Below are positions 1 through 9,688 of a stretch of 64,000 nt of DNA, in pieces (positions within the stretch are counted from its first letter, which is position 1; the number at the start of each line of letters is the position of its first letter). The translations under genes were made by a program, and so were the position numbers. The stretch lies in sequence record LR756508.1; one strand, written 5' to 3'. The notes under the pieces were generated by a model. The model was not told where the DNA came from. It saw only the letters and a list, made by a program, of their open reading frames with translations, and ran no database searches.

Positions 1-2
1 TC

Positions 3-164
3 CCTGATTTTTTCATCGAGTATCAGAGTCAAAATGTTTTAGAAGAAGTAAAGGGGTGGGTTAGAGATGAGGAGATGTTTGACTCTAAGAAAAAAACTGC
101 TTTAGAGTTTTGTAGGAATAGAGATATGTGTTTTGTGGTTAATTTTATGGACCATTTAGACTAG
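3..164 (+). CDS. 3' end of a PD-(D/E)xK (TnsA/gp4-like) endonuclease, truncated by the window start
   Basis: Frame 3 reads PDFFIEYQSQNVLEEVKGWVRD...HLD*. PDF...EVKG is a typical PD-(D/E)xK motif. Not in the ORF track. Confidence 0.55.
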   Translation, partial: PDFFIEYQSQNVLEEVKGWVRDEEMFDSKKKTALEFCRNRDMCFVVNFMDHLD

Positions 165-165
165 A

Positions 166-2751
166 TTGTTTATGAGTGATGATAAATATAGGGTGAAGAG
201 GGTATGGCCTGAGGCTGTATTTTCAGGTTCATTGATCCAGCAAAACCATGGAGAATCTTTAGACCATGGTTATTACGAATGGGACTTGACGAAGAATCAT
301 CCTGAATGCGAGTTTGAAAAATTAAACAACGAGTATGGTTTTTATACGCTTCACATAAACGATGGGGTAATTCCAGTAAGAGAAAATGTTCCTGAAAAAC
401 CTCGGCTACGGTTAAAGGTTAAAAATACAAATCCAGCAGAACTCAAGAGAGTAAAAACTGACCTTAAACGTGTTTATGACGTTCAAGAAATAACTGTCAA
501 TCGAGTAGCCTCTGGCACAAAAGAGTCGAACGATAGAAATTTCGAATTAGGAGATGTTACATCTACGAATTACCAGACAGACTTAATTGCCGATTATGTA
601 AAGAGAAATTTTGCCGTTGATGACAGGCTTCTTTCTAAAATTCAAACAATAAACCAAAAATTAAACCAAGATCTTAATGAAAAAGACCTGGCAAAAAGTC
701 TACGCTGGGAGCCGCTTGAATTTAAGTTTTCGAACATGTTTTCTTATGGAGAAGATAATGTTATTGACTTTTCTAAAATGGGCGGTATTATGGGGATTTT
801 CGCAGAGAACGCGACGGGTAAGTCTTCCCTTTTTGGAGCACTTTGTTACTGTTTATTTGCCAAATCACCGAGGACATACAAGGCACAGAACGTATTAAAC
901 ACTGCTAAAGAATCTTTTCGTTGTGCCCTAAAATTTAAAGTAGGAGACCAGAAATATATTATTGATCGAAATGCAGAAAAAAAGACAACGGGAAGAGTAG
1001 CGGAGTCTGTCGATTTCTATGAGATTCAAGATAATGGTGGAAAAAAGTCGTTAAATGCCAAGTCAAAGAGAAAGACTGATCAGAAAATTCGGAGGTATGT
1101 AGGCGAATATGATGAATTTATCCTCACAACCCTTTCTGTTCAGGATAATAATACGGTCTTTATTGATAAGTCTCAAAGCGAAAGGAAAGACGTATTAGCT
1201 CAGTTTATTGGGATCGATGTTTTTGATGAGCTTTATAAGCTTGCTAAAGATAAAAGCAGAGACTTGAAGGGGATTATAAAAGAATTTGAAAATGAAGATC
1301 TCTCATCCAAAGCTGCAGAAGCTGAAAAGTCTTATAAAGAATATAAAAACAGGTATCAAGAACTCAAAGAAGAAAAGAATACTTTAAATGAGGAAAAGTC
1401 TGAAAAGATGGACGAGATCCTTCAGCTAAACAAAAAACTTAAAGACGTTCCCGAAAAAGACCTTGACTTAGAACATCTAAAAGAAAAGAAAGAAGAAGTT
1501 ACTCAGAAAGTTGATAAGAAACGGGAAGATTTTGAGCACAAGAAAATTAAAAGAAAAGAAAAGCAGCAAGCGAAAGTAGGCTTAGAAAGTCTGGTTAAAA
1601 AGGTTGATGAAACTGAGCTGAAAGAAAAGTATGAAACCTACAAAGAAAAAGAAAATATTCTTGAAAACGTAGAGGGTGAGATTAGTCTTGTTGAAAATGA
1701 CCTTGACAAAAATAAGTCCTCGTATGATCATCTAAAAAACCATTCGGAGTTTGATCCTGAATGCGAATACTGTGTGGAAAGAAACAAAAGAGATGCTGAA
1801 AAATTGGAAGACCTAGAAGAAAAAATTAAAAACGACGAAGAAGAATTGGAGTCTCTAAAAGAAAAGAAGGATGAGTTGGAAGCCTTTTTTGAAAACAATG
1901 ATACGGAAAAAAAGTGGAGTAAATACCAGGACATCAAAGAGAGACTTGAGGAGCACGAGTCATATATTTCTCAAAAAGAGTATGAGATATCAAAAATTGA
2001 AAATGCTTTACAAACTCTTGAAAGTAGACTTGAAGAGATAAATGAAAGTATTGAGTTTTACCATAAAATTAAAGATAGGTTAAAGCATAATGAGGATATT
2101 CAAGAAGAGATTCGGACAGTAGAAAGTAAGGTATCCCAACTTGAAAATAAGATAAACAAACTTGATTCAGAAATGAAAAGTGTTCACGGAAATATAAAAG
2201 TGCAAGAAAGTAGGAAAGAGACGATCAATGAAAAAATAGAGAGGTTCCAAGAAATTTCAGAAAGATACGAAGCCTATGACTGCTATTTAAGTGCAGTAAA
2301 GCGAGATGGCATTCCTTATGAACTAATCGAAAAATCACTACCTGAAATTGAGGAAGAAATTAATAATATCTTATCCCAAATTGTTAATTTCTCGATTATG
2401 TTTGAGACCGATGGAAAAAATATTAATGGGTGGATGGTTTCGGAGGAAGAGAGTATTGTCCCCCTCAATAATGCTTCAGGAATGGAAGGTTTCGTTTCTT
2501 CGCTTGCGATCCGAGTAGCGCTCACAAACATCTCCAACCTTCCAAGAAGTAATTTTCTTGCCATAGACGAGGGATTTGGGGTTCTTGATGCCGAAAAAAG
2601 AAATTCCCTTATGATGGTGTTTGATTATTTTAAGACTTCCTTTTCTTTTGTTTTATTTGTTACCCACCTGGATTCTCTTCGAGACATCGCCGATGATATC
2701 CTTGAAGTACGAAAAGAAGGCGAGTTTAGTTCTGTGAACTACGACTTTTAA
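166..2751 (+). CDS. gp46: Rad50/SbcC-like recombination ATPase (T4 gp46-like) carrying an N-terminal Mre11/SbcD C-terminal segment
   Basis: Walker A GIFAENATGKSS, coiled coil with CEYC hook, ASGME signature, Walker B IDEGFGVLD, H-loop VTH. The N-terminal SGSLIQQNHGE motif is SbcD/gp47-like. Confidence 0.9.
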   Translation: MFMSDDKYRVKRVWPEAVFSGSLIQQNHGESLDHGYYEWDLTKNHPECEFEKLNNEYGFYTLHINDGVIPVRENVPEKPRLRLKVKNTNPAELKRVKTDLKRVYDVQEITVNRVASGTKESNDRNFELGDVTSTNYQTDLIADYVKRNFAVDDRLLSKIQTINQKLNQDLNEKDLAKSLRWEPLEFKFSNMFSYGEDNVIDFSKMGGIMGIFAENATGKSSLFGALCYCLFAKSPRTYKAQNVLNTAKESFRCALKFKVGDQKYIIDRNAEKKTTGRVAESVDFYEIQDNGGKKSLNAKSKRKTDQKIRRYVGEYDEFILTTLSVQDNNTVFIDKSQSERKDVLAQFIGIDVFDELYKLAKDKSRDLKGIIKEFENEDLSSKAAEAEKSYKEYKNRYQELKEEKNTLNEEKSEKMDEILQLNKKLKDVPEKDLDLEHLKEKKEEVTQKVDKKREDFEHKKIKRKEKQQAKVGLESLVKKVDETELKEKYETYKEKENILENVEGEISLVENDLDKNKSSYDHLKNHSEFDPECEYCVERNKRDAEKLEDLEEKIKNDEEELESLKEKKDELEAFFENNDTEKKWSKYQDIKERLEEHESYISQKEYEISKIENALQTLESRLEEINESIEFYHKIKDRLKHNEDIQEEIRTVESKVSQLENKINKLDSEMKSVHGNIKVQESRKETINEKIERFQEISERYEAYDCYLSAVKRDGIPYELIEKSLPEIEEEINNILSQIVNFSIMFETDGKNINGWMVSEEESIVPLNNASGMEGFVSSLAIRVALTNISNLPRSNFLAIDEGFGVLDAEKRNSLMMVFDYFKTSFSFVLFVTHLDSLRDIADDILEVRKEGEFSSVNYDF

Positions 2752-2763
2752 CTGAGAAAACGC

Positions 2764-3483
2764 ATGGCTTCTATTTATAGAGTGGTGGTTAATGAAGCTA
2801 GAACTGGAACTGTAGTGATGCCTTATCATGTTAGAGCTATATACGAGACTCTTTCTGGAAAAAAGGCATTCGATGGGCCAGTAGAAACAATAAGAGACGA
2901 TAATGAAATTAATTTTGAAGGGTCATTAGCTGCTGGAAAAGGTACTGATCCTAAACCCTATTCTTTTTCAACGGTCTTGGGAAAAAATATCAGTTCGGAA
3001 GCTGATAAGTCTTTTGTTTTCGGTGAAGATGCAGTATTAAACGGTATACATAAATGTTTTTATCACTCTTTTGATGATGCCGCCTCATTAAAATACGTTC
3101 GTTCAGGAAAAACTGAGGTCGCATCCGGCTACTCCGGCTATTCAAGCTATTCAGGTTATGCAGGTTTTGGAGTTCAATTTCCATTTGAATTAAAAAATGA
3201 TACAATAAACAACTTAAGAGTGAGAAGCGTAGCAATAGAGGCTGGATCTCTTGAAAATTTTCATGGGGTGTGGAAATTTAGAGCGATGGTAGTAAAAAGT
3301 GGAGGAACAATCAACTTGGAAGATAAGGAAAAAGAAAAAGAAATAAGAGATGATTTTTCGACAACATCTGACGTTGATCTTAAACTCACGTCAAATGGAA
3401 TGGAAGTAATGGATAATAGAAGCAGTGGCAATCCAATATTTTGGACGACATATTTTGATATTTCTGAGTTAGAGAACTCTTAA
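2764..3483 (+). CDS. Putative virion fibre/structural protein, paralog of 3498..4796
   Basis: YadA-head-like segments (FSTVLGKNISSEADKSFVFG) and SGYSGY repeats. Shares N- and C-terminal motifs with the next gene. Confidence 0.45.
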   Translation: MASIYRVVVNEARTGTVVMPYHVRAIYETLSGKKAFDGPVETIRDDNEINFEGSLAAGKGTDPKPYSFSTVLGKNISSEADKSFVFGEDAVLNGIHKCFYHSFDDAASLKYVRSGKTEVASGYSGYSSYSGYAGFGVQFPFELKNDTINNLRVRSVAIEAGSLENFHGVWKFRAMVVKSGGTINLEDKEKEKEIRDDFSTTSDVDLKLTSNGMEVMDNRSSGNPIFWTTYFDISELENS

Positions 3484-3497
3484 TCTTGAGATGAAGA

Positions 3498-4796
3498 ATG
3501 GCAACGGTTTTTGGGTTGGACATAAATGAGATTAATACAAATAATCTCATTAGGGATAGACATGTAGAAACGATTTATGGTGTTCTCTCTGGAGATCCAG
3601 CTTATTCTAGTCCAGAACATGTAATCGACTTTACTGGTAGTTTAATGGCAGGTAAAGATAATAAAACTGCCAGTAACGTAAATTTTGGTTTTGCTTTTGG
3701 CGAAAATAATCGAGTCGGAGCAGAGTCAAGCTTAGTAGTAGGGAAGGATGGCAGGTCATTCGCTGAAGGCCAGTTTGTTTTAAGTGGTGGAAAAATCAAC
3801 AAAAGAGGTGATTCTCAAAAGTACGAGACGACTCGCACGTTTCAAACTGAGTCTGGTGGCAATAGCACATCAATGTTAATACCAACCCAAGATAATGTAA
3901 TTTCAAGTGTTGAGATAAGACTTACTGGCGTAGAGAAAAATGTTATTTCTACTAACAGTCTTATTTCTGCACATTATGACCTGGTTTTTGTTAATTCTAG
4001 AATCGATCCAGATAGTTCCGAAAGAGTTGGAAAGATTCTCTTTGTTGATAGAAACTGGCTGGCAAATGACAATAACAACAATCCGATAAATGATTCCACA
4101 AATGGCATTGAAGTCCAGTTTAATGTAACTTCTTCTCACAAGTTAGAACTAGAAGTAACAGACAATAGATCGTCTGGAAATGATATACACTGGTCGATTC
4201 ACATCGACGCATTGGAAACTTTCGCTGGAAAAGACATCAAGAGCTTTGGAGGTCGTGGTTATGAGAGCGGTTACATTTCAGACGGTGGAGAATCTGGATA
4301 CTTAAACCCAATTCAAGGTTGTTTTCCTCCACATTCAGAGGTCTTAGTGAACAATGAAGACCAGCCGATATTCGCTCGTAAAATAAAAGAAATTGAAGTT
4401 GGAGATTCACTTCTAGCGTTCAGTCCATCGCAGTCGGGCTTTGAAGACTACGAGACTTACAGAAGTGATAGAACTGGAATTCAAGAAATGAAGACGAGCA
4501 GCACTGTCGTTGAAGAAGTTTTTTATGGGTTTAAAGATTATATATACGAAGTTAATAATGGACTTGAAGTGTCGGCATCTCAACCTATTTTTGTTTATGA
4601 CCCTTCTGACGACTGCACAAAATTTGTAAGGGTCGATGAACTAAAAAACAACATGAAGTTGCTTAATAATGAAAAGAAATTCGTCAACATAAAAAGTATA
4701 GTCAAAAAGAAAGAACCGAGAGAAGTGGTTAGCCTTGATGTTGAGAAGCTGGATGTCTTCTTTGTGGAAGGTATTCTATTCCATAATAAGCACTAA
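3498..4796 (+). CDS. Putative fibre/structural protein with C-terminal Hint domain
   Basis: YadA-like repeats (FGFAFGENNRVGAESSLVVG). Hint block A GCFPPHSEV and terminal FFVEGILFHN. Confidence 0.6.
   Translation: MATVFGLDINEINTNNLIRDRHVETIYGVLSGDPAYSSPEHVIDFTGSLMAGKDNKTASNVNFGFAFGENNRVGAESSLVVGKDGRSFAEGQFVLSGGKINKRGDSQKYETTRTFQTESGGNSTSMLIPTQDNVISSVEIRLTGVEKNVISTNSLISAHYDLVFVNSRIDPDSSERVGKILFVDRNWLANDNNNNPINDSTNGIEVQFNVTSSHKLELEVTDNRSSGNDIHWSIHIDALETFAGKDIKSFGGRGYESGYISDGGESGYLNPIQGCFPPHSEVLVNNEDQPIFARKIKEIEVGDSLLAFSPSQSGFEDYETYRSDRTGIQEMKTSSTVVEEVFYGFKDYIYEVNNGLEVSASQPIFVYDPSDDCTKFVRVDELKNNMKLLNNEKKFVNIKSIVKKKEPREVVSLDVEKLDVFFVEGILFHNKH
4320..4787 (+). other. C-terminal Hint (BIL/hedgehog-like) autoprocessing domain
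   Basis: Starts CFPPHSEVLV and ends VVSLDVEKLDVFFVEGILFHN. It is followed by K-H-stop, so there is no C/S/T at +1. Confidence 0.75.
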
Positions 4797-4866
4797 TCGG
4801 TTAAGAGTGAGTCTGATTTCATCCTGCGGGTAGTTCTTCAAGATTTCTTGAATTTTTAAAAAAGTT

Positions 4867-5886
4867 ATGTATGATGTCTTTTTAACTACGGGAGGTCCAA
4901 AACTGGTTGGTGGTGGTTCTGACGTTTGGATTCGGTACTGGGCAAAATACATAGCTCCAAATCTCTCCACAAAAGCTTATCTCATGGTTGACAGGCCCGA
5001 TCCCGATCCTGGCAAACCTGACTTTAATATAAAAAACGTCAAAATTCAGTATAGGAATGACGACGAAAAATGGTTTAAAATTTTAGAAGAGGCGAGGAGA
5101 ATTCATATCCTTCACATGTATTACCATGAGCGTGATACGATAAAAAGGTTTCTTTCAAAAATAGATTCTATAGTCCTTCACGTCTGTACCGAGCAGACAA
5201 TAAAGGCCGCAGAAGAACTCGGACTTCCCAACAATAAATTCCACCATAAAGCAAACGTCGAGTGGGAAAATAGTCTAATTCCACATATCACAAACCCAAT
5301 ATGGATAGGCGTAAATCAAGACACGCCTTTTCACGAAAGGTACTCACACGTTAAAAACATTCCAAATCTTTACGTCTTTCAAAATTATAGCGATTTAGTA
5401 TACTCCGATGCTGTTGGTTTTGCGGCGAGGATTGAAAGTCGCAAATGTCCCCATTATTTAGATGGAATGGAATCACTGTTTTTCACCTCTTATTATGATC
5501 TAAAGTCCTGGGAAAACGAGTATGCGGATGATTTTTCTAATGCAAGAATATACGAGTTTGATTGGAAGTATGTTGATAAATTTTATTCGAAAGAAGATTG
5601 GGGCATATTTCATGGCTGTTACCGTGCTGAACCTTTCGGATACTCAATTTTTCAATCATTAGACTACGGAAAAATTCCGATAATTGAAAAAGGGTGGGAC
5701 CCAGAATTCTCCTATGACTACCGTGCAAGTGATAAGAAATCTTTCCAGCAGGTAGTAGAAAAAATAAGATCAAAAGATCACGGTGAACGGAGAAAGATAT
5801 TATTAGATGCTAGATCCAGATTAGATGAAAAGTACGGTGATCCTGAGTCTTGGGCTTCTGATTATTTAAAAATCTATAATCGATAG
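4867..5886 (+). CDS. Glycosyltransferase, GT-B fold (GT4-like)
   Basis: N-terminal GGGSDVW and C-terminal EPFGYSIFQSLDYGKIPII resemble the GT4 EPFG-x-x-x-x-EA-x-x-x-G-x-P-V-I motif. Confidence 0.7.
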   Translation: MYDVFLTTGGPKLVGGGSDVWIRYWAKYIAPNLSTKAYLMVDRPDPDPGKPDFNIKNVKIQYRNDDEKWFKILEEARRIHILHMYYHERDTIKRFLSKIDSIVLHVCTEQTIKAAEELGLPNNKFHHKANVEWENSLIPHITNPIWIGVNQDTPFHERYSHVKNIPNLYVFQNYSDLVYSDAVGFAARIESRKCPHYLDGMESLFFTSYYDLKSWENEYADDFSNARIYEFDWKYVDKFYSKEDWGIFHGCYRAEPFGYSIFQSLDYGKIPIIEKGWDPEFSYDYRASDKKSFQQVVEKIRSKDHGERRKILLDARSRLDEKYGDPESWASDYLKIYNR

Positions 5887-5887
5887 A

Positions 5888-7411
5888 ATGGCTAAAATTA
5901 ACTTTGAAGATGATAGTCACTTTTTTATTAATGGAGACCGGTTTTTTGTCTTGTATCGCCACTCTACTGGCGCTGATCATACTCTTTTAAAAAGAGAATA
6001 TTTTGACGTTAGAAAAACATCAGTTGGAATTCAAATTAAGATAAATAAGAAGAGCGGTTATGTAGGAATAGCGTTACCTATTGAGAACAAACTCTTGATT
6101 GGAAATGAGATTTTTCCTGTCAACTCTTATAATGGACATCACTACCTTTATAATAAAAAACAATTCAATGGGTCCTATACTTTTGAAAACGAAGATAAAA
6201 CCGAAATTAGTGCTCCTATAGCGCATTCTATTGTTGATGAGGAGAGTTGTATTTCAGTTTCTCCCACCACAAGAGAAGAGGTAATAATTACTCCGTACGT
6301 AGAATCTTTCAGTGACTATGTGAGGATAGAGACATATGCACCCCATGGAGCTGACTTTGTTTCCTTTTTCTTTGACACCTCTGCTAACTATCATCTTAAT
6401 TTAAGACGAGTTTCTGATCGAATTAAAAAGAAAAAGAAATTAGATAATCTTACAACTATATTTGAATATCAAGAGTTTTTCTTTAATAACCAGAAAAAAA
6501 GAAAAAGTCTGGTAAATAAAAAAAGTAAGGCAGATGCCCTCTCAATTTATAAGTTTATAGATAAAAGTTTAGAAGTTTCTCCATTTTTTGCTGGTAATGC
6601 CTCTTTTTACTTTGAAGATTTGTATGAAGAGTTTCCATCTAACTCAAAAATAGTTGTTACTACTGATAGCAACCTTGGCTACTCTAAGAGTAAAGCCAAA
6701 ATTATTGATAAAGTTAATAAGATGGACAGTTATAGGTTTAATGAGTATGAAGGAAGAAAAAAACAAATGGAAATAGAAAGTGACAGAAATAATACAGTAA
6801 AAATTATTTTTAGCGAAAATAGAAAAAACATAGATCAGTATTTGATTGAAAAAGAAAATATTAAGTATCTTGATTTAAGTGGGGTTTTAAATTTAAAACT
6901 TCTTAACTTTCAAAGTTCGAGAAATGAAGATGCTTCCTTAAAAAAGAAAAAAATTGATATGCAGAAAATATCAAAAATAGCCCACATAAAAAGAAAAGAT
7001 GATGAACTTGAAAGATATGGGTTGTTTGACTTAATTTCGGGTTATACAAACTGTAAGTTTGAAGATTATTTTCAAGATTATGAATCAAAATTTAGTTTTA
7101 AGGAATTAGAAAGATTAAATAACAAGTATCTCAAAGGTGCCACAAGAGCCTACGTTGATATATCGATAAATCGCCCATTTTTTGTTTCTTGTTTTGAAAC
7201 CGGAAAGTTTTATCTTTTTCCTGTTGTTAACAGTGAGCTTGAGAGAAGAGATGCAAGAATAATTCTTGGTAATAGATTTGATGATATGGAGTGGCTATCT
7301 TTGTCTAAAAATCATGACGAAAACATGGATGTGGACCATTTCATGAAGCACAGGGAGCTATACATCGATAATGTGATATACGGTGGCTTGCTTAAGGTAA
7401 GAAAAAATTAA
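5888..7411 (+). CDS. Hypothetical protein in the glycosyltransferase cassette
   Basis: 507 aa ORF tightly packed between GT genes. No motif recognised. Confidence 0.6.
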   Translation: MAKINFEDDSHFFINGDRFFVLYRHSTGADHTLLKREYFDVRKTSVGIQIKINKKSGYVGIALPIENKLLIGNEIFPVNSYNGHHYLYNKKQFNGSYTFENEDKTEISAPIAHSIVDEESCISVSPTTREEVIITPYVESFSDYVRIETYAPHGADFVSFFFDTSANYHLNLRRVSDRIKKKKKLDNLTTIFEYQEFFFNNQKKRKSLVNKKSKADALSIYKFIDKSLEVSPFFAGNASFYFEDLYEEFPSNSKIVVTTDSNLGYSKSKAKIIDKVNKMDSYRFNEYEGRKKQMEIESDRNNTVKIIFSENRKNIDQYLIEKENIKYLDLSGVLNLKLLNFQSSRNEDASLKKKKIDMQKISKIAHIKRKDDELERYGLFDLISGYTNCKFEDYFQDYESKFSFKELERLNNKYLKGATRAYVDISINRPFFVSCFETGKFYLFPVVNSELERRDARIILGNRFDDMEWLSLSKNHDENMDVDHFMKHRELYIDNVIYGGLLKVRKN

Positions 7412-7416
7412 GGCAT

Positions 7417-8946
7417 ATGATAGATTGTAAGATTATAACGGGATTTCCATTTTCAAAATTTAACAAAATTAAAAATGCCGTTTCTATCGAGTCGAGTGAA
7501 GAAGCTCTGGTAATTGACGATTCAAATTTAGAATGGGATAAAACGAATGAAAATTATAAAGATTTAGATAATATAAGGGATAGTGTTTTAAAAGGTGAAG
7601 TTTCGAAATTTTATTTGACTGGCTTTCTTTTTGCCAACCATATTACATACTTTCGAGATGTCAATGAGTTTGATCTGGAGTTAAATGTTATTCATAATTC
7701 TCCAAAAAACGTCATTAATGAATTCAAGAAAAGATTTGAAAGGCTTCCCTTTTTTGAAGACAATAAAAGATTTCCTACTTTTGAACGTCAATTTAATTTT
7801 TCTCCAAATGATTACGTTCAAAAGTTTTACTATGAATTTGATGAACTGTTAATTGATTTAGATGGCTTTCATTTTAATGTAGAGGAACTTAATGAAAAAG
7901 ATTTCGTAGAGGGTGTTTTATACAGTAACTTGTTTGAGTATAAAGAAGACAATAGTTTTTACTCTCTTTTAGAAGAAGACTACGAAAGTAAAGAGTTTAG
8001 TAGCGACATTAAAAATGAGGTTAGTATCGATGTAAGTGAGAAAGTTAAGTTATCTATAGCCACCTTTTTACTGCCAGAGGAATTAGAATTATTTAAAGAA
8101 CAATCTCAGCGCCTGCTTCATTCTTTAGATAAGTTTAATGAAAATATCGACTTTCATGTAAGAGCTCATTTAGATCTAAGCGATTTTTATGTTAAATGGA
8201 AAAAAAGCAAATTAGACAAGGAGGTTTTATATTCAGAATTTAATGACCTAAAAGCAGAGTATGAAAAATACACCGAAACTAAGTTTACCTGTTTTGAAGG
8301 TGAAATTCATGGTTGTAATGATATAAGGAGACAGGTAATACGAAGTAGTTCAGATAATGTAGACTGTTTTTCATGGCTTGACCCTGATACCGTTTTTCCT
8401 CTTGATACTGTTAAAGTTTTAGAACAGGTCCTACCTCGCATAAACGAAAAGTACAAATTATATGGGATTACGCCTGAAATTTTTAGACCAGAGACGGGAT
8501 ATTTACAATCTTTAGACTCAGATCTTTCTTTCAAATACGAAAAACCTACGTTTTCTAACATCAATCTTTTAAATGATGAAAAACGGTTTATAAAAAGAGT
8601 AGAAGAAGATTTTAGAGTGAATGGTGCATTTTCCGTTATATCATCTGACTTTTTGCGGCTCACTGATATTCCAGATGAGTTAGGACACTATGGGAATGAT
8701 GATATTTATGTAAATGAATGCATGAACATTTTTAACACAAGAAGTAGAGGGAGGAAGATTGCATTATTTAAAATAAAGAATCTTGTAATGTTTCAAGATG
8801 AAAACTGGAAAGAGACAAACAGTTCTCATAATTTTGTTTTTCGAAAACAGGATAGTCAAACATCTAAAAAAGAGAATCATAGAAAAACCCAATCTTTTTT
8901 AGACAACCTTTTTAACCAGTTTAAAACAAAAATTTTAAACCAGTAG
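7417..8946 (+). CDS. Putative GT-A fold glycosyltransferase (C-terminal domain)
   Basis: FSWLDPD (DxD) and GHYGNDDIY, resembling the GT2/GT7 (W/Y)GxED motif. Confidence 0.55.
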   Translation: MIDCKIITGFPFSKFNKIKNAVSIESSEEALVIDDSNLEWDKTNENYKDLDNIRDSVLKGEVSKFYLTGFLFANHITYFRDVNEFDLELNVIHNSPKNVINEFKKRFERLPFFEDNKRFPTFERQFNFSPNDYVQKFYYEFDELLIDLDGFHFNVEELNEKDFVEGVLYSNLFEYKEDNSFYSLLEEDYESKEFSSDIKNEVSIDVSEKVKLSIATFLLPEELELFKEQSQRLLHSLDKFNENIDFHVRAHLDLSDFYVKWKKSKLDKEVLYSEFNDLKAEYEKYTETKFTCFEGEIHGCNDIRRQVIRSSSDNVDCFSWLDPDTVFPLDTVKVLEQVLPRINEKYKLYGITPEIFRPETGYLQSLDSDLSFKYEKPTFSNINLLNDEKRFIKRVEEDFRVNGAFSVISSDFLRLTDIPDELGHYGNDDIYVNECMNIFNTRSRGRKIALFKIKNLVMFQDENWKETNSSHNFVFRKQDSQTSKKENHRKTQSFLDNLFNQFKTKILNQ

Positions 8947-8947
8947 A

Positions 8948-9688
8948 ATGAAAGAGGTTTCTTCTCTCTGGATTGGAGATTCAATATCTGACTTAGAAAA
9001 GCTTTGTATAAAGAGTTTTATAGATCATGGATACTCTTATAATCTTTTCACCTATACACCACAAATTAAAAATCTACCACCCGACGTAACACTCAAAAAT
9101 GGAAGCCAGATACTTTCAAAAGATAAAATTTTTCAGTACAAATCTGGTTTTAATAAAGGCTCGGTAAGTGGTTTTTCAAATCTTTTTCGTTATAAGTTAT
9201 TGTATGAAAACGGTGGTATTTGGGTTGATACCGATTTAGCTCTACTTAAACCCAATCTTAATTTTGAAAAACAAAATGTCTTTACTACAGAGGTTGGAGA
9301 ACCTCCAGATGGAAAATTTGCAAGTGCATTAATTAAAGCTCAAGTTGGATGTCCAGTTTTAAAAGAATGTCTTAAAGAGTTTAAAAAAGTAAACGTAGAC
9401 AAGGTTCAACATGGAGAGACTGGTCCTGAGCTTGTAACTCAGAAATTAAATGAAACTGGCCTCAAAAAAGACAATCGTGTCGGGTTAAAGAGTAGAAAAG
9501 AATACTTTCCTGTTTACTGGGAAGATACAGAAAGAATCTTTTATGATGAAATAGATATAAAAGAGAGGTGGCGAACTCTTCATTTTTGTAATGCATGGAT
9601 AACCAATGAGCTGAATTTAAATAAAAATGGTTCTTTTCCTCATTGGAGCATTTACGAGAGACTTAAAAGCAAATATTTAAATGCCTAA
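8948..9688 (+). CDS. GT32-family (DxD) glycosyltransferase
   Basis: SLWIG...LCIKSF, SNLFRYKLLYENGGIWVDTD and ETGPELVT motifs. Confidence 0.85.
   Translation: MKEVSSLWIGDSISDLEKLCIKSFIDHGYSYNLFTYTPQIKNLPPDVTLKNGSQILSKDKIFQYKSGFNKGSVSGFSNLFRYKLLYENGGIWVDTDLALLKPNLNFEKQNVFTTEVGEPPDGKFASALIKAQVGCPVLKECLKEFKKVNVDKVQHGETGPELVTQKLNETGLKKDNRVGLKSRKEYFPVYWEDTERIFYDEIDIKERWRTLHFCNAWITNELNLNKNGSFPHWSIYERLKSKYLNA

Noticed and set aside
164-200. Group I intron explaining the truncated SbcD domain
   Set aside because: There is no room for P7/P9 core elements between the endonuclease stop and the resumed coding sequence.
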